64,000 nt of DNA from NCBI GenBank assembly GCA_964016885.1, contig OZ024743.1:299026001-299090000 (forward strand). Reading direction: 5' to 3'. The notes beneath the pieces were generated by a model. It saw nothing but the letters and a program-made list of their open reading frames with translations. It made no database searches and was not told the DNA's origin. Origin of the DNA: Eledone cirrhosa. Lineage: Eukaryota. Shown piece after piece: positions 42,511 through 57,258 of the stretch. A program made the translations under genes and the position numbers. Position 1 is the first letter of the stretch. Each line of letters opens with the position of its first letter.

Positions 42511-43431
42511 TATATATATATATATATATATATATCCAATAGGTTTCGCCTCCCCCTGTCAGCCCACTTCCGTGTAGTTAGCGCAAGCGCATTGAATTCG
42601 TGTTCGACAAGTGCAATTTAAAAATCTTTTCAGTTCAAATTTTTACTCGAATGTAAATAATATATAATAACAACGATATTAATTCAATTGTAAATAAAGT
42701 TGTATATAGCTATTCGAATGTAAATAATATATTCAATAAGTTTGTGTTATTTCATATATATACTCATTCTCCCAGCGAAGACTATGGAGTTTGTTTATAT
42801 ACATCGACAAACATATAGAGGCACACACACACACACTCACAGAGAGAGTGAAACCGAGAACGCGACAACAGAGAGAAACAAATTTGTAGCGGAAGAGAAG
42901 ACATTGAAAAAAAATTCCGTACAATAGAGAGGATAGCGGGAGAGAAACGCTGTATTTTTGCTTCTATATTCATGTATGTGTGCTTCAGTGAAGATACGTG
43001 TGTGTGAGACAACATTACGATAGTGTAGCAGTGATCATGGAAATTGGCGAGGAGAGGCGGAAGGAGAGTAAGTATTAGCAAAGAACGAGAAAGAGAGCAC
43101 GTTCTCTCTTCTCCCTCTCTCATGTAATTACCAAACAAACGAACGCAAATTTATACTTCTAAATACTTCATGAAGAGAGACGCTCTATGTTTGCTTCTGT
43201 GCGCGTCAGCGAAGATGTGTGTGTGTGTGTGTTATTCAGATATTTCTTTGGTGTTCCACAAGAGTCTAGAATCTAAGCTATAATAAAGTAAGCAGTGGGG
43301 GATTGCGTCAAGAATATATTTTTTTTATCCCGTATGTAAAATAAGTTGGATTACTTTGAATAAATAATGATTTCTTTATTTTTTTTATTCATTTCTTTAT
43401 TTTTTTAAAATTTATTTATTACTTTGAATAA

Positions 43432-43610
43432 TTAATTTTCTACTTTTGGCACAAGGCCAGCAAATACCCAGTGCATTACTGGTACTTTATTTTATCGACC
43501 CCGTAAGGATGAAAGGCAAAGTTAACCTCGGCGGGATTTGAACTCAGAATGGCAAGGGCCGTAACTCTATGCGTCAAAGCATGGCGTCTGACCCTCTACC
43601 GATACTGCTA
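43432..43610 (-). mobile_element. SINE (main family)
   Basis: Full motif set; interrupts a repeat also seen uninterrupted at 28715-28830. Confidence 0.85.
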
Positions 43611-44199
43611 GTGAATAAATAATGAATGAATATTACATACTTTATCTACTAAATCTCGTTATTCTTCATTAAATATAAATAATTTGGTTGCTTATCTTTG
43701 ATTCACTTCTTTAAAATTTTCAAATGTCAACATTCATATATTTCCGTCACTAATTTTCTCCTAATGCAGTTTATATATAATATCGTCTTCTTTAATGTAT
43801 CATGGATTACCTTACTGATTACATAAGCTAGTGTAACGTAGTCTTCGTTCAATTTCTGTGTATATTGTCAATTACGATTTTATTTGATGAATCATATCTA
43901 CTTGCGTATAATATCAATATACACACTACACTTGTTAGCAGAAAACCACCTGAAGGGTGATTTTTCTGCTAGTGCTCTTAAAATATGTAAGCACAATATT
44001 GTTAGGCTCAAATATCAGCTGAAGTTTAAGCATATTGCGTGGCTTTCATGAAGTCGTTTTACATCAGTCTGGATGCAATACAGCGACAAGGTGCCAGAGT
44101 TGTCAATGAGACAATAGGCAGGCGAGAGATTCAACAAATAAATCAAGAGGGAGCAGTTGCTACAAGACTTCGCCAATTCTCAGAGGAGAGACGTAAACG

Positions 44200-44920
44200 T
44201 CTTGATCAAGATAGGCTGAATACGTTTGACAAATGCGTAGCACCTTTCTAAATGACTTGGAAAAGATCATCTTTCAACTATGATCCACAACATGATTATT
44301 CTACGGAAGGATTGATTGGTATTGGGACGATGTCAAAAGAGTGAGGCTTTTGCAAAAGAAGGATTTTGGAAAGAGGAACCCCCACTATCTGTTGTGGAAG
44401 AGGAACGCTCGTTTGACCGACGTCTGGTACACCCCCAGATACTTTGAAGGTGCTGCCTTTGGAAAAGACATAAAAGATAATGCATTCTTTTTAAAACATT
44501 AGACGTTACAATTCCACTCTCCAAATGATCGCTTTTCGTAGCAATATTATAAGAGAAGGGAATTTCAAGTCAACCTTTAATGTTCGAGGTCAAATATACC
44601 ATCGTATTGGATCTTGGTTCCAACTGAAGGCAAAAGTTTTTGCAGTTATATTTTGCGGCAAATTTCAAAGAACAGGCTTTGCAACGGTCATTGAACATTC
44701 CAAACCTGAAAATAAGAGAGTTAATCTTTGATCTGCAAGATATGTTCCATGCAAACAATAGCTACATCAGAAATTTCAAATATGCATTGGAATCTACACC
44801 CCGCATTGATTACTAGATAATCATTGTTGCAGATAAAAAGCCTGTTGGTGAACACAGAAGCCGTTAAAATGTCCTTGCTTCAAATGAAGAAGCAGCAACT
44901 ATTACTGGCGACGATTATAT
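44200..44920 (+). pseudogene. Helitron RepHel N-terminal fragment
   Basis: IGTMS..C, NIRRYNS, FNVRGQIYHRIGS, LQDMFHANNSYIRNFK, ADKKPVGEH..R*N..SNE, typical of the Helitron Rep upstream region. Stops and frameshifts. Confidence 0.85.
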
Positions 44921-45147
44921 GAGAATAGATTTTCTTATTCAAGGAAGTGAAGATATATTTGAAATGGATGTTTTCCTCTGTCTCCTACTATTAACTTTCT
45001 TAACGATATATTATTTTCACTATACTTAATTTATCTGTAACTGCATATTTTTTCAATTTTTTCAATTTCTTTTTATTGAATTTATCTGCTCCTATTTTTC
45101 ATATGTTTTCCCGTCTCAGTAACTTTATATAAATTTTAATGCTTGCA

Positions 45148-45177
45148 CTAACCCTAACCCTAACCCTAACCCTAACC
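45148..45177 (-). repeat. Short interstitial (TTAGGG)n tract
   Basis: ctaaccctaaccctaaccctaaccctaacc. Confidence 0.8.
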
Positions 45178-45370
45178 GCCCATATTATGTATCTACTAAT
45201 GTTTTTGTAACAAAGTTTTGATCTTATATTTGTGTTTAACTTTTGTTATGAACTCCTATGAAACCGACCTTGTGCTAGGAAGAAACGATCGTCAGTGATT
45301 AAATATTTGAAAGAGTAAAATTCTTTGATTATCATGTATACACAAAGACACACACACACACACATACCTA

Positions 45371-45447
<77 letters not shown>

Positions 45448-45453
<6 letters not shown>

Positions 45454-45794
45454 AAAAAGAGATGAAATCGAAAATGCAACTGGAGTCTTATTTTTAAAAA
45501 AAATATATATATTTATTTGGTTCCTTTACCGGTTTCGCAGTTCTTCTGCTTTTCAAAAGGTGTGTTGAGATGGAGGGTCTGTGGTTTTTCTCACAGAAAA
45601 ACCACAGACCCTCCATCTCAACTCACCTTTTGAAAAGCAGAAGAACTGCGAAACCGGTAAAGGAACCAAATAAATATATATATTTAAAAAAAAAATAAGA
45701 CTCCAGTTGCATTTTCGATTTCATCTCTTTTTCTTTATACTTTCACTCGTGTAGGACACCTCGGTTATTTTTCATTTTGTAAAAAAAACCTCAC

Positions 45795-45800
<6 letters not shown>
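45448..45800. mobile_element. Family-F fold-back element with HHR in each arm
   Basis: Arms 45448-45590 and 45595-45738, plus a ~60-nt right tail, between (TA)n. Confidence 0.85.
45626..45663 (+). ncRNA. Minimal HHR, U3-A8 variant (copies at 45523-45560 minus, 46913-46950, 48254-48291)
   Basis: ccuu UUGAAAA GCAG aagaa CUGC GAAA C CG G UA aagg. Confidence 0.7.
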
Positions 45801-45825
<25 letters not shown>

Positions 45826-46013
45826 GGAAAAAGTATGACTCCGACGGCAGAGCTCAAGCCGTTTCGACGGCTATTTCTCGATCAGAAATAGCCGTCGAAA
45901 CGGCTGGAGCTCTGCCGTCGGGGTCATACTTTTTCCTATTTCCCACTCTACTACACTAAGTATTGAGTACTCTTGTGCGTTATGGTCCATCTGGTTCCTT
46001 ACCACATTTCCTT

Positions 46014-46015
<2 letters not shown>
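45826..46015 (+). mobile_element. Family-E fold-back element
   Basis: Palindrome 45826-45936 plus ~80-nt tail, between (TA)n; repeated in each triplicated unit. Confidence 0.8.
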
Positions 46016-46053
<38 letters not shown>

Positions 46054-46491
46054 GTGTGTGTGAGTATATACATACATGTAGGTACATATGACTGTATGTA
46101 AGTATGCTCATATGTATGTGTGTTTGCATGTCTCTATGTACATTCATATTTCATATACAATATTATTGCTTCCATTAAAATATTAAACATTTTAAATTTC
46201 TCGCTCATCCCCTTCATCATTCGCAATAATTTTCTCTTATGACCATAAATGTTTTTTCATTGCAGATATAATTTTGAATGATTGAAGATTTTTATCTTTC
46301 TTTATAATATAGGATATTATGTTGTACATGAAGAAGGCGTCCAAGGGAAATGTGTTTATGTTACTTCTACTATTACAATAACAACAATGACTACTACTAC
46401 TACTAGTACTACTAGTACTACTACTACTACTACTACTACTACGACCGCCACCACCACCACCACTACCACTACTACGACGACGACCACCACC

Positions 46492-46586
<95 letters not shown>

Positions 46587-47081
46587 CTGTACTACTATCC
46601 TCGTACGAGGCTACGAATTTTAAAGCTAAATATATAACCTATCGACTGAAAACAGCGTGTGAAGTGTCCTTGGCTTTTTATTGTTCATCCTTAGACTTCG
46701 CGGAAATTTGAATTCAGAATGTGGTGGAGGGTAGATTAAATACTGAGAATTATATCCTCTATTCCACAACACGTCACATCTCCTAAGATATACAACGAAA
46801 AGAATCGATGTTGGAAGTAGCAGAGATTGGATTTGTAGAACGAGTGGATACAAGAAAGCAACAGTTGTTGGTTTTTCTCACAGAAAAACCACAGACCCTC
46901 CATCTCAACTCACCTTTTGAAAAGCAGAAGAACTGCGAAACCGGTAAAGGAACCAAATAAATATATATATTTAAAAAAAAAATAAGACTCCAGTTGCATT
47001 TTCGATTTCATCTCTTTTTCTTTATACTTTCACTCGTGTAGGACACCTCGGTTATTTTTCATTTTGTAAAAAAAACCTCAC

Positions 47082-47114
<33 letters not shown>

Positions 47115-47302
47115 GGAAAAAGTATGACTCCGACGGCAGAGCTCAAGCCGTTTCGACGGCAATTTCTCGATCAGAAATAGCCGTCGAAACGGCTGGAGCT
47201 CTGCCGTCGGGGTCATACTTTTTCCTATTTCCCACTCTACTACACTAAGTATTGAGTACTCTTGTGCGTTATGGTCCATCTGGTTCCTTACCACATTTCC
47301 TT

Positions 47303-47418
<116 letters not shown>

Positions 47419-47853
47419 GTGTGTGTGAGTATATACATACATGTAGGTACATATGACTGTATGTAAGTATGCTCATATGTATGTGTGTTTGCATGTCTCT
47501 ATGTACATTCATATTTCATATACAATATTATTGCTTCCATTAAAATATTAAACATTTTAAATTTCTCGCTCATCCCCTTCATCATTCGCAATAATTTTCT
47601 CTTATGACCATAAATGTTTTTTCATTGCAGATATAATTTTGAATGATTGACGATTTTTATCTTTCTTTATAATATAGGATATTATGTTGTACATGAAGAA
47701 GGCGTCCAAGGGAAATATGTTTATGTTACTTCTACTATTACAATAACAACAATGACTACTACTACTACTAGTACTACTAGTACTACTACTACTACTACTA
47801 CTACGACCGCCACCACCACCACCACTACCACTACTACGACGACGACCACCACC

Positions 47854-47899
<46 letters not shown>

Positions 47900-49075
47900 G
47901 TAGTAGTAGTAGTAGTAGTAGTAGTAGCTGTACTACTATCCTCGTACGAGGCTACGAATTTTAAAGCTAAATATATAACCTATCGACTGAAAACAGCGTG
48001 TGAAGTGTCCTTGGCTTTTTATTGTTCATCCTTAGACTTCGCGGAAATTTGAATTCAGAATGTGGTGGAGGGTAGATTAAATACTGAGAATTATATCCTC
48101 TATTCCACAACACGTCACATCTCCTAAGATATACAACGAAAAGAATCGATGTTGGAAGTAGCAGAGATTGGATTTGTAGAACGAGTGGATACAAGAAAGC
48201 AACAGTTGTTGGTTTTTCTCACAGAAAAACCACAGACCCTCCATCTCAACTCACCTTTTGAAAAGCAGAAGAACTGCGAAACCGGTAAAGGAACCAAATA
48301 AATATATATATTTAAAAAAAAAATAAGACTCCAGTTGCATTTTCGATTTCATCTCTTTTTCTTTATACTTTCACTCGTGTAGGACACCTCGGTTATTTTT
48401 CATTTTGTAAAAAAAACCTCACTTTCTAATATATATATATATATATAGGAAAAAGTATGACTCCGACGGCAGAGCTCAAGCCGTTTCGACGGCTATTTCT
48501 CGATCAGAAATAGCCGTCGAAACGGCTGGAGCTCTGCCGTCGGGGTCATACTTTTTCCTATTTCCCACTCTACTACACTAAGTATTGACTACTCTTGTGC
48601 GTTATGGTCCATCTGGTTCCTTACCACATTTCCTTTGATATATATATATATATATATATTTGTGTGTGTGTGAGTATATACATACATGTAGGTACATATG
48701 ACTGTATGTAAGTATGCTCATATGTATGTGTGTTTGCATGTCTCTATGTACATTCATATTTCATATTCAATATTATTGCTTCCATTAAAATATTAAACAT
48801 TTTAAATTTCTCGCTCATCCCCTTCATCATTCGCAATAATTTTCTCTTATGACCAAAAATGTTTTTTCATTGCAGATATAATTTTGAATGATTGAAGATT
48901 TTTATCTTTCTTTATAATATAGGATATTATGTTGTACATGAAGAAGGCGTCCAAGGGAAATGTGTTTATGTTACTTCTACTATTACAATAACAATAATGA
49001 CTACTACTACTACTAGTACTACTAGTACTACTACTACTACTACTACTACGACCACCACCACCACCACCACTACCA

Positions 49076-49166
<91 letters not shown>

Positions 49167-51283
49167 CTGTACTACTATCCTCGTACGAGACTACGAATTT
49201 TAAAGCTAAATATATAACCTATCGACTGAAAACAGCGTGTGAAGTGTCCTTGGCTTTTTATTGTTCATCCTTAGACTTCGCGGAAATTTGAATTCAGAAT
49301 GTGGTGGAGGGTAGATTAAATACTGAGAATTATATCCTCTATTCCACAATACGTCACATCTCCTAAGATATACAACGAAAAGAATCGATGTTGGAAGTAG
49401 CAGAGATTGGATTTGTAGAAAGAGTGGATACAAGAAAGCAACAATTGCTCCTGCTAATTATGTTGTGGCAAACGTAATTTAGGGAGCTCAATTAAAGTGA
49501 CACCTGTGTCGCATAAATATTATTAAGGTTTTGAAATTTTAAGGAGAAATATACAAATGTTTTACTGAAAAACAATCATTGATTAGGCAATTTAAAATAA
49601 TGTCTTAGCAAAGTTTCACAGTAAAGAATTCTGCAGGAAGCTATATTTAATTAGGGTTTAGCACTAATGTACAAAGTAAAAAAGAATAAAAATCCCAAGT
49701 GTAGCAAAATGGTATCATAAGCGTTAATGAGACCTAGGACTACTCGTAATTACTCAGTCATGGTGATTAAAATTTTCAGGCAGTTAACTGAATTATACAA
49801 TTGCCTTAATTCCCATAGTAGTCGATATATAACAAGATTTCAGCATTGTGGCTATGTTATACATGTACAGGATACGTAATGCAATATAATAAAACGCTTC
49901 TTGTCTTTTCTTTTTTTTTGATTCCAGTACAACACAGTGCATCCGAGTCTTTTTGTTCTTCATTTATCTCCTATGACTTTTTAATTTCTTTTGATAGTTT
50001 TAATTTCTTTTGATAGTTTGCAATTAAAGATTAGAGTTGTTCATATGTCCCAGCAATAATTTTAACACGAGTTGAATTACACAATGGTATCTATAAAGGG
50101 TATGAAATATAAAAAAAATAATGTCAATTACATGCTGATGTAGCCGATAATGAAAATAACATTACAGACCATTCACTGCTTGTTTACAAATCAATTTTCT
50201 TTTCAAATCTGATCTACAATGGAATCTGGTTTTAAAAGTTTTATTTCTACACAATTAAATACATAATAAAAATAAACAGTAATTTTAGCTTTGATAAATG
50301 CATTAAAATGTCAAGAATAATTTAAATACTTTTGACATGTTTGACAGCGGTAGATTCTGAAAATGGAATGCTGAATATTGTAATTTTAACTAGTCATAAG
50401 AAGAGGACCTTCTTGAATCATATTCCTAACAAATAAAGTAGGTATTCAATTTTAAGCTACATGCGACCAATGTTTTTAAAATGAAAAATGAAAAGAAAAA
50501 AACACACAAAAAACGTAATTAATGTTATATGCAAATGCAATTAACGATGGATTTTTCAAAGGCATTTGAGATACAATTTTATTATTGGAAATATTCTATG
50601 AAAGTATTCCGGATTTCTTTGAAAATGGATAGTTCTATGAAATTGAGTTTCGCAGCACAGGCCGTAAATTTCTGTAATGAGATAGTATATGACGATTTCA
50701 TTCACCCACTTCTAAACTTTAAATATAAACAATCTTTTATTTGGATTTGGTTTGAGTATGTCGTTTGTTCATTCAGTATGAGACAATGCTTCATGCCGTT
50801 CTAATCATAAAATCTGCCCCAGAAATTAAACGTTTTGTTACATAAAATAAGTGGAGAGCAAACGGTGAAACGGCGTGTTTCTCCCTCATTTTGATTTTCA
50901 TACAATATTTACTTAATGTTATTTTATTTGTCCAAATGTCATACAATATTTCTGCCGGAAACACATCAATTGTTTTACAATGACCGCCAAATGGCTGTTA
51001 TCTATCGCCGAAGGCCGTCTAGGAACGTGCACATATACAAGACTTAAGTTTCCACTAAATAATATTTCGAACCAACATTATGCTATGCATTAATTGAAAA
51101 TCTCCTGGCCAAATGATTGGTTGATATTCCAAGCTGACTCCGCAGAATCGCGTTGGATGTGCAACTTAGTCACAGCATAAAATACAAAAGCAATAAAGAG
51201 TGAAAGCAAAAGCACCAAGATAAATACATAGAAGGAAAGGGTCAAAGTTTATAGTAAACAAAGCCGCAATTATATATATATAT

Positions 51284-51318
<35 letters not shown>

Positions 51319-51322
<4 letters not shown>

Positions 51323-51503
51323 TCAGAGCAAACATCACGGACGCTCTATCTCAAAATTATTTTTGGAAACCATTAGAAATGCGCAACCGGCAAAACTTAA
51401 AACCAAAACTGAATACTAACCAATACTATTACTAATTCTCACTTATTCCGAATTAAACTATTTTTCACTGTGAACAATTTGTCAGCATTTTCTTTTCCGT
51501 TTA

Positions 51504-51508
<5 letters not shown>
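51319..51508 (+). mobile_element. Solo diverged PLE-B terminus
   Basis: cagatcagagcaaac...tttaccaa between (TA)n. Confidence 0.85.
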
Positions 51509-51593
<85 letters not shown>

Positions 51594-51595
<2 letters not shown>

Positions 51596-51888
51596 TTTGA
51601 AAAAAAGAAAAATAATGATTTAACTTGTAGTGTTAAATAATTTGATTTAATTTTATAATATTGTAGTATTATGAGTTGGTAGATCTAGTAAGATATTTGT
51701 TAACTTCGGTGGGAAGAATTTCAAAGATTCCTTGTTAACTTTGTTGGACAACTTTCCCGCATTCGTCGGTGGCGATTGTCAAACTGAGATCAGCACAACC
51801 TGATTTTAATAATTTGATTTAATTATAAAATTAAATCAAATTATTTAACACTACAAGTGAAGTAATTCTTTTCCCTTTTTTCAAATAT
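51594..51888. mobile_element. Fold-back element with ~65-bp inverted arms
   Basis: cttgtagtgttaaataatttgatttaattttataat versus its reverse complement at 51822-51857; (TA)n flanks. Confidence 0.7.
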
Positions 51889-52550
51889 ATGTATATATAT
51901 ATATATACACAATATATAAATATAAATAATATATATACATATATATATATGCATACATAAATGTATATATATATATATATATGTATGTATATATATACAT
52001 ATGTATACATATATATATATGTATATAATAACTAGAAATTGATTAACATATATGTAAACATGAAAATCCAAATCTCCACTTCCGTGGTTTACCATCTGAT
52101 TAATTGGTGAAATATATTTCTTTAATGGAATATATACAGGGAAGATTAATCATATTATAAGGTATCTATTTTTGAAGTTCTAGTCAACTTTATTTAGTTA
52201 CCTACCTAGCTATGTGTGGTTACACACTTGTAAAAATTATCTCCTGTGATTATTCATGTTTATATATATGTTAATCAATTTCTAGTTATTATAAAATGCT
52301 AGGACCTACTCGTTAGAATCTTAGAGCTTATTTTCCGGGTGATATGGCGCATGTCTTTCTGGCATGACACCCATAATTTTGATTTACATTAAATTCATTT
52401 AATTTATCTTAATTTTGGATATAGATATATAGATATATATATATCTATATATATGTATATATATATATGTATATATGTATATATCTATATATGTACATAT
52501 GTATACATATATACATATATATATGTATATATTTATATATGTACATATGT

Positions 52551-52630
<80 letters not shown>

Positions 52631-52896
52631 ATATGTATACATATAGTAATATATGTATAAATAAACACATTAAATTTCGTGTCTAAAATTACGAGAGTAT
52701 AGAATACCACAAATGTTTTAAATATTTAATCTTAAATATACAGTAGGATATAATTTTATACTGACTGTAACAAAAATATTTCATCTCTCGGACAGATTAA
52801 AGATTCAATCTGTTTCGCCCTGAAAATTGTGTTTGTAACAGATAATCTGTAGGCTATCATCATTTACTGTGCTTATTTATACATATATTACTATAT

Positions 52897-53155
52897 AATT
52901 GTTTCTACTTTTGGCACAAGGCCAGCAATTATCCCAATGTATTACTAGTACTTTATTTTATCGACCCCGTAAGGATGAAAGGCAAATTTAACCTCGGCGG
53001 GATTTGAACTCAGTCCGTAAAGGGACGTAACTGTATAAAAGGACGTAACTATATAATTGTTTCTACGTTAGGCACAAGGCCAGCAATTACCCAGTGTATT
53101 ACTGGTACTTTATTTTATCGACCCCGTAAGGATGAAAGGCAAAGTTAACCTCGAC
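52897..53155 (-). mobile_element. Two partial tandem SINEs (main family)
   Basis: Two copies of ggcacaaggccagc...gaccccgtaaggatgaaaggcaaa. Confidence 0.85.
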
Positions 53156-53522
53156 GTAACTATATAATGCTCAGTATTTATATTTTGAGCTTGTTTAATT
53201 GCAGAGTATCAATATGAGTTAATAACTATGTATTTTATGTGTATATGTATACATATATTTATATATGTATATATATATGTATATATATGTATATATATGT
53301 ATACATATGTATATATATATATATATATATGTATACATATATATATATATATATGTATACATATATACATATATACATATATGTATATATATATATACAT
53401 ATGTGTACATATACATATATATGTATACATATAGATATATAGATATATATTTATACATATATATATACATATACATATGTATACATATATATGCATATAT
53501 ACATATATGTATACATATATAC

Positions 53523-53595
<73 letters not shown>

Positions 53596-53879
53596 TACAT
53601 ATATATATGTATATATGTATACATATATATTATATATAGAGTTATAAAATCAAAATAGTCCTTTACAATTAAATAGCTCAAAGAAAGGAATATTTCCGAG
53701 CCATGTAATACAAATGATAGGGATAATCACTGATACAAGTTTACATGTGTTCGCATTACGAATGACCAAGTTAGCTAGATTGAAAAATAATAATAAAATA
53801 ATATGGTTTGCCTGTCTCGATTTAAAATAATAAATACGTATACATATATACATATATACATGTATATATATATGTATAC

Positions 53880-53914
<35 letters not shown>

Positions 53915-54245
53915 TATATGCATATATATATATATATATATAAATTAATAAAAACAATGAAATAAAAAGAAAGAACAAGTTCTTTATATTAAAAAATTCA
54001 TAATTTTACGATCATTTCTAGGATGCCTACGTGTGTTGGTATGTATATCATATAGATCTATGTAAAAATATTACAAATTATCAGAGGAAATATACATACC
54101 TTCACATATACATGCTGTCTTCCGTAATATATATATATATAGTAATAATAATAAATTTGAAGACTAAAATCCAAAGAGGGCTCGATAAGGATGAATATAT
54201 GTCAAATATATAAGAACCGTAGAGACAATATTTATTAAAATAACA

Positions 54246-54286
<41 letters not shown>

Positions 54287-54326
54287 ATATTTAGAAACAC
54301 ACAGATGAAGCTAGTAAAACGAGGTA

Positions 54327-54416
54327 TCCTCTTGATAAGTCGGCAGACCTCGCAAAAGCTCAATATCTTTATGATGTATTGTTTTTGTTTATGCCACGAA
54401 ACTACGTAGTCGAGGA
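54327..54416 (+). ncRNA. HHR, U3-A8 variant
   Basis: uccuc UUGAUAA g[..ggca...ugcc..]c GAAA CUA CG UAG UC gagga. Palindromic ACUACGUAGU, GUC triplet, inside a ~200-bp island between (TA)n. Confidence 0.7.
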
Positions 54417-54586
54417 ATCTAGGAGCAGTTTAGGTATGACACATTTTATTACTAATTATATCTAAATGTTTCTTCTCTCTTCATAATATATATATATATA
54501 TATATATAGGAACCAGTAAGACCCCGACAGCTGAGCTCAAGCCGTTTCGACGGCTAATTCTGGTCCAGAATTAGCCGTCGAATATA

Positions 54587-54624
<38 letters not shown>

Positions 54625-55154
54625 ATATATATATAGTTAAAAGAATAGAGGTGTAACACACAAGTTATTATATATTGGTAAACGGAATAGAAAATGCTGA
54701 CAAATTGTTCACAGTTGAAAAATGGTTTAATTAGGAATAAAAGAGTATTAGTGATTGTATGGGTTAGTATTCAGTTGTGGTTTTAAGTTTTTAAGTTTTT
54801 ACCGGTTGCGCATTTCTAAATGCTTTTCAAAAATAATTTTGAGATAGAGTGTCCGTGCTGTTTGCTCTGATCTGATTAGTTTTGGGAATTCTACCTGTTT
54901 TTATGTTAAAAAAATGGCTCCAGCGTTATTTTTGTGTTGCAAAAATGCTTGTGGTCAAAACAATTTTGATTGGTCGGTAGAGGTCATGTGAATGTAAAAA
55001 GTTGATTTTGCGCCAAGACTGTTTTTATGTTAAAATGTTAGAAAAGTGGCTCCAGCAAAAATTATGGTCAAAACAATTTTGATTGGTCGGTAGAGGTCAT
55101 GTGGATAAAAAATTGGTTTTGCGCCAAGATTGAGAAATGACTCTTTCACAACAA

Positions 55155-55212
<58 letters not shown>

Positions 55213-55598
55213 TAGTAGTAGTAAGGTGTTCGATGCTGCGACAATAGCCACCAGCGATGTGTGTCAAATGGCTATTAAGATAAGTGTGTGTGTGTGTGTG
55301 TGTGTGTGCGTACATACACACAGCAGAGTCATTTGAAGGTCAAAAGATATTTTTCAGCTTTTGTCTTATACGGAGAAGTGTGTGTGTGTGTGTGTATAAG
55401 TCTCTTTGTATGTTGATGTACGCGTGTGTATGTGTTTGTGTATATATGTGTGTGTGTGTGTGTGTGCGTGTGTGGGTGGACCAGTATTTTTTTCCCCCCT
55501 GGTAAAATGGTGTACATTATTCGATTTTTTCAGTAAAATCGGTTCTCTTAATAGAACATCAACAATCTTAACAATAAAAGGTGTGAAATGATATTCAC

Positions 55599-55639
<41 letters not shown>

Positions 55640-55811
55640 TTTCACTACATATATATATATATATATACATATATACATACATATGCACATATATTTTTTT
55701 GTATTGCACCATAGAGCATGTGTGTTTACGTGTGTCATTGTGTTTATATGTGGGTAGAGATGTGTGCTGATGTAGGTATGTATGTTGACGTGTGTATGTT
55801 GTGGGTTCGTC

Positions 55812-57258
55812 TTAGGGAGAAGTGTTTAGACGGGGTCCGTATTTGTTAATGAAGTAAGATTCCTTGCTGATGCGCTGGGTGTGGGTGGCATTATCTTTAA
55901 ATTTGTAGAGGGGAAAGATTCTGAAGTTGGGATGATTTTGGGCGGCGCAGGTATCAATGTGTTCACTCAGTGGTATTTTCCTGTATTCCCGTATTTTAAT
56001 TTGGGATCTATGGACAGTCATGCGTTGGCGGAGGCTGTTTTTGGTCTGGCCTATGTATTGTTCTCGACAACCTGAACAAGTTAATACATATATTAAATTT
56101 TCCGATGCACATGTGAAATTGTGTTTTACTATAAAACGTTGTCCATCTTTGAAATAGAATTCCGAACCCTCTATTAGGTTGATGCAAATGCCACAGTTGG
56201 GTCTATCGCATTTTTTTTACTGTGGGTTTCGTTGTTGTGGTTGGCAGTACTTTGGCATGTGTTAAGATGTTTTTCATTGACTTGGATTGTCTTTTGCTCT
56301 TTATGATATCGTGTGTTCGTAGAATTTGGTTCATTCTATGGTCCTTTTTCAATACAGGGATGTTCTGGAGGATGGTGTCAAAAGCCTCGTTGTTGAGGGG
56401 GTTGTGTGTGGAGATGTATGGAAGAGCTTTTAGTTTTGGTTGATTTACTTTAGGGTGTCTAAGGTCCTGGGTACTGAGTTTTAGGGCACGTTGGATTCCA
56501 TTGTCAATTAGTGATGCAGGGTAGTCCCTGCCTATGAGTGTGTCCTTTAGTTCTTGTAGCCGTAAGTAGCAGATGTTTTTATTGGAGACTATAGTACAGA
56601 TTCTCTTGGCTAAGTTGTAGGGAATATTAATTTTAACGTGTCTAGGGTGGCAAGAGTTGAAGGGGAGGTATTGCTTGGAGTCTGTGGGCTTGTAGTATAT
56701 GTCTGTTTCTATGTTTTTGTTATGGATCTTAATGAGGATGTCGAGGAAGGGGAGTTGTTGATGGCTGTATTCCATCGTGAAGTTAATATTTGTGTTGAGC
56801 CCATTTATAAGGGTGTGAAATTCTTTAAGTTTTTCGATGTTTTCGTGCCAAAGGATGAAGCAGTCATCAAGATATCGCTTCCAGTTCCTTTCAATGTGTA
56901 AGTGGAGGGTGTTTCCAAATTTGTTTAGGACTTTAGTGTAGAGGGTGATTTCCAGGTATCCCATGACTAGGTTGGCATACGTAGGGGCTGTTTTCGTTCC
57001 CATAGCGGTCCCAGATTTCTGCCTGTAGGGTTTGTTATTGAAAACGAAGTAATTGTTCTCCAAGATAAATTTGAGTCCCTCTATCACGAATTCTTTTTTG
57101 ATGCGTTGTGGGAGTTCATTGTGGAAGTTATCCAGCCAGAATTGGATAGCTTCTATTCCTAGGTTGTGGGGGATGTTGGAGTATAGGTTGACTACATCGA
57201 ACGTCACTAGTAGGGTTTGTTCAGAAAGTGGCATATTAGGGAGGTGATTGAGCATATC
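55812..57258 (-). pseudogene. Penelope-like RT plus Cys motif plus GIY-YIG (5'-truncated, one frameshift in an A-run at ~56210)
   Basis: TFDVVNLYSNI, QKSGTAMGT, WKRYLDD, LPFLD, SCHP; then CGIC, NLIYVLTC..C..QYIGQT..RMTVH..E..LN. Confidence 0.93.

Noticed and set aside
45148-45177. Telomere or chromosome-end signal
   Set aside because: Only about five units and internal; common inside repeats.
46282-46623. Thr/Ser-rich mucin-like ORF (also 47647 and 48892)
   Set aside because: Explained by (ACT)/(ACC)/(AGT) microsatellites; no signal peptide or splice support visible.
52399-53978. Many YI/CV/HT-repeat ORFs here and throughout the window
   Set aside because: These are translations of dinucleotide microsatellites, which contain no stop codons.
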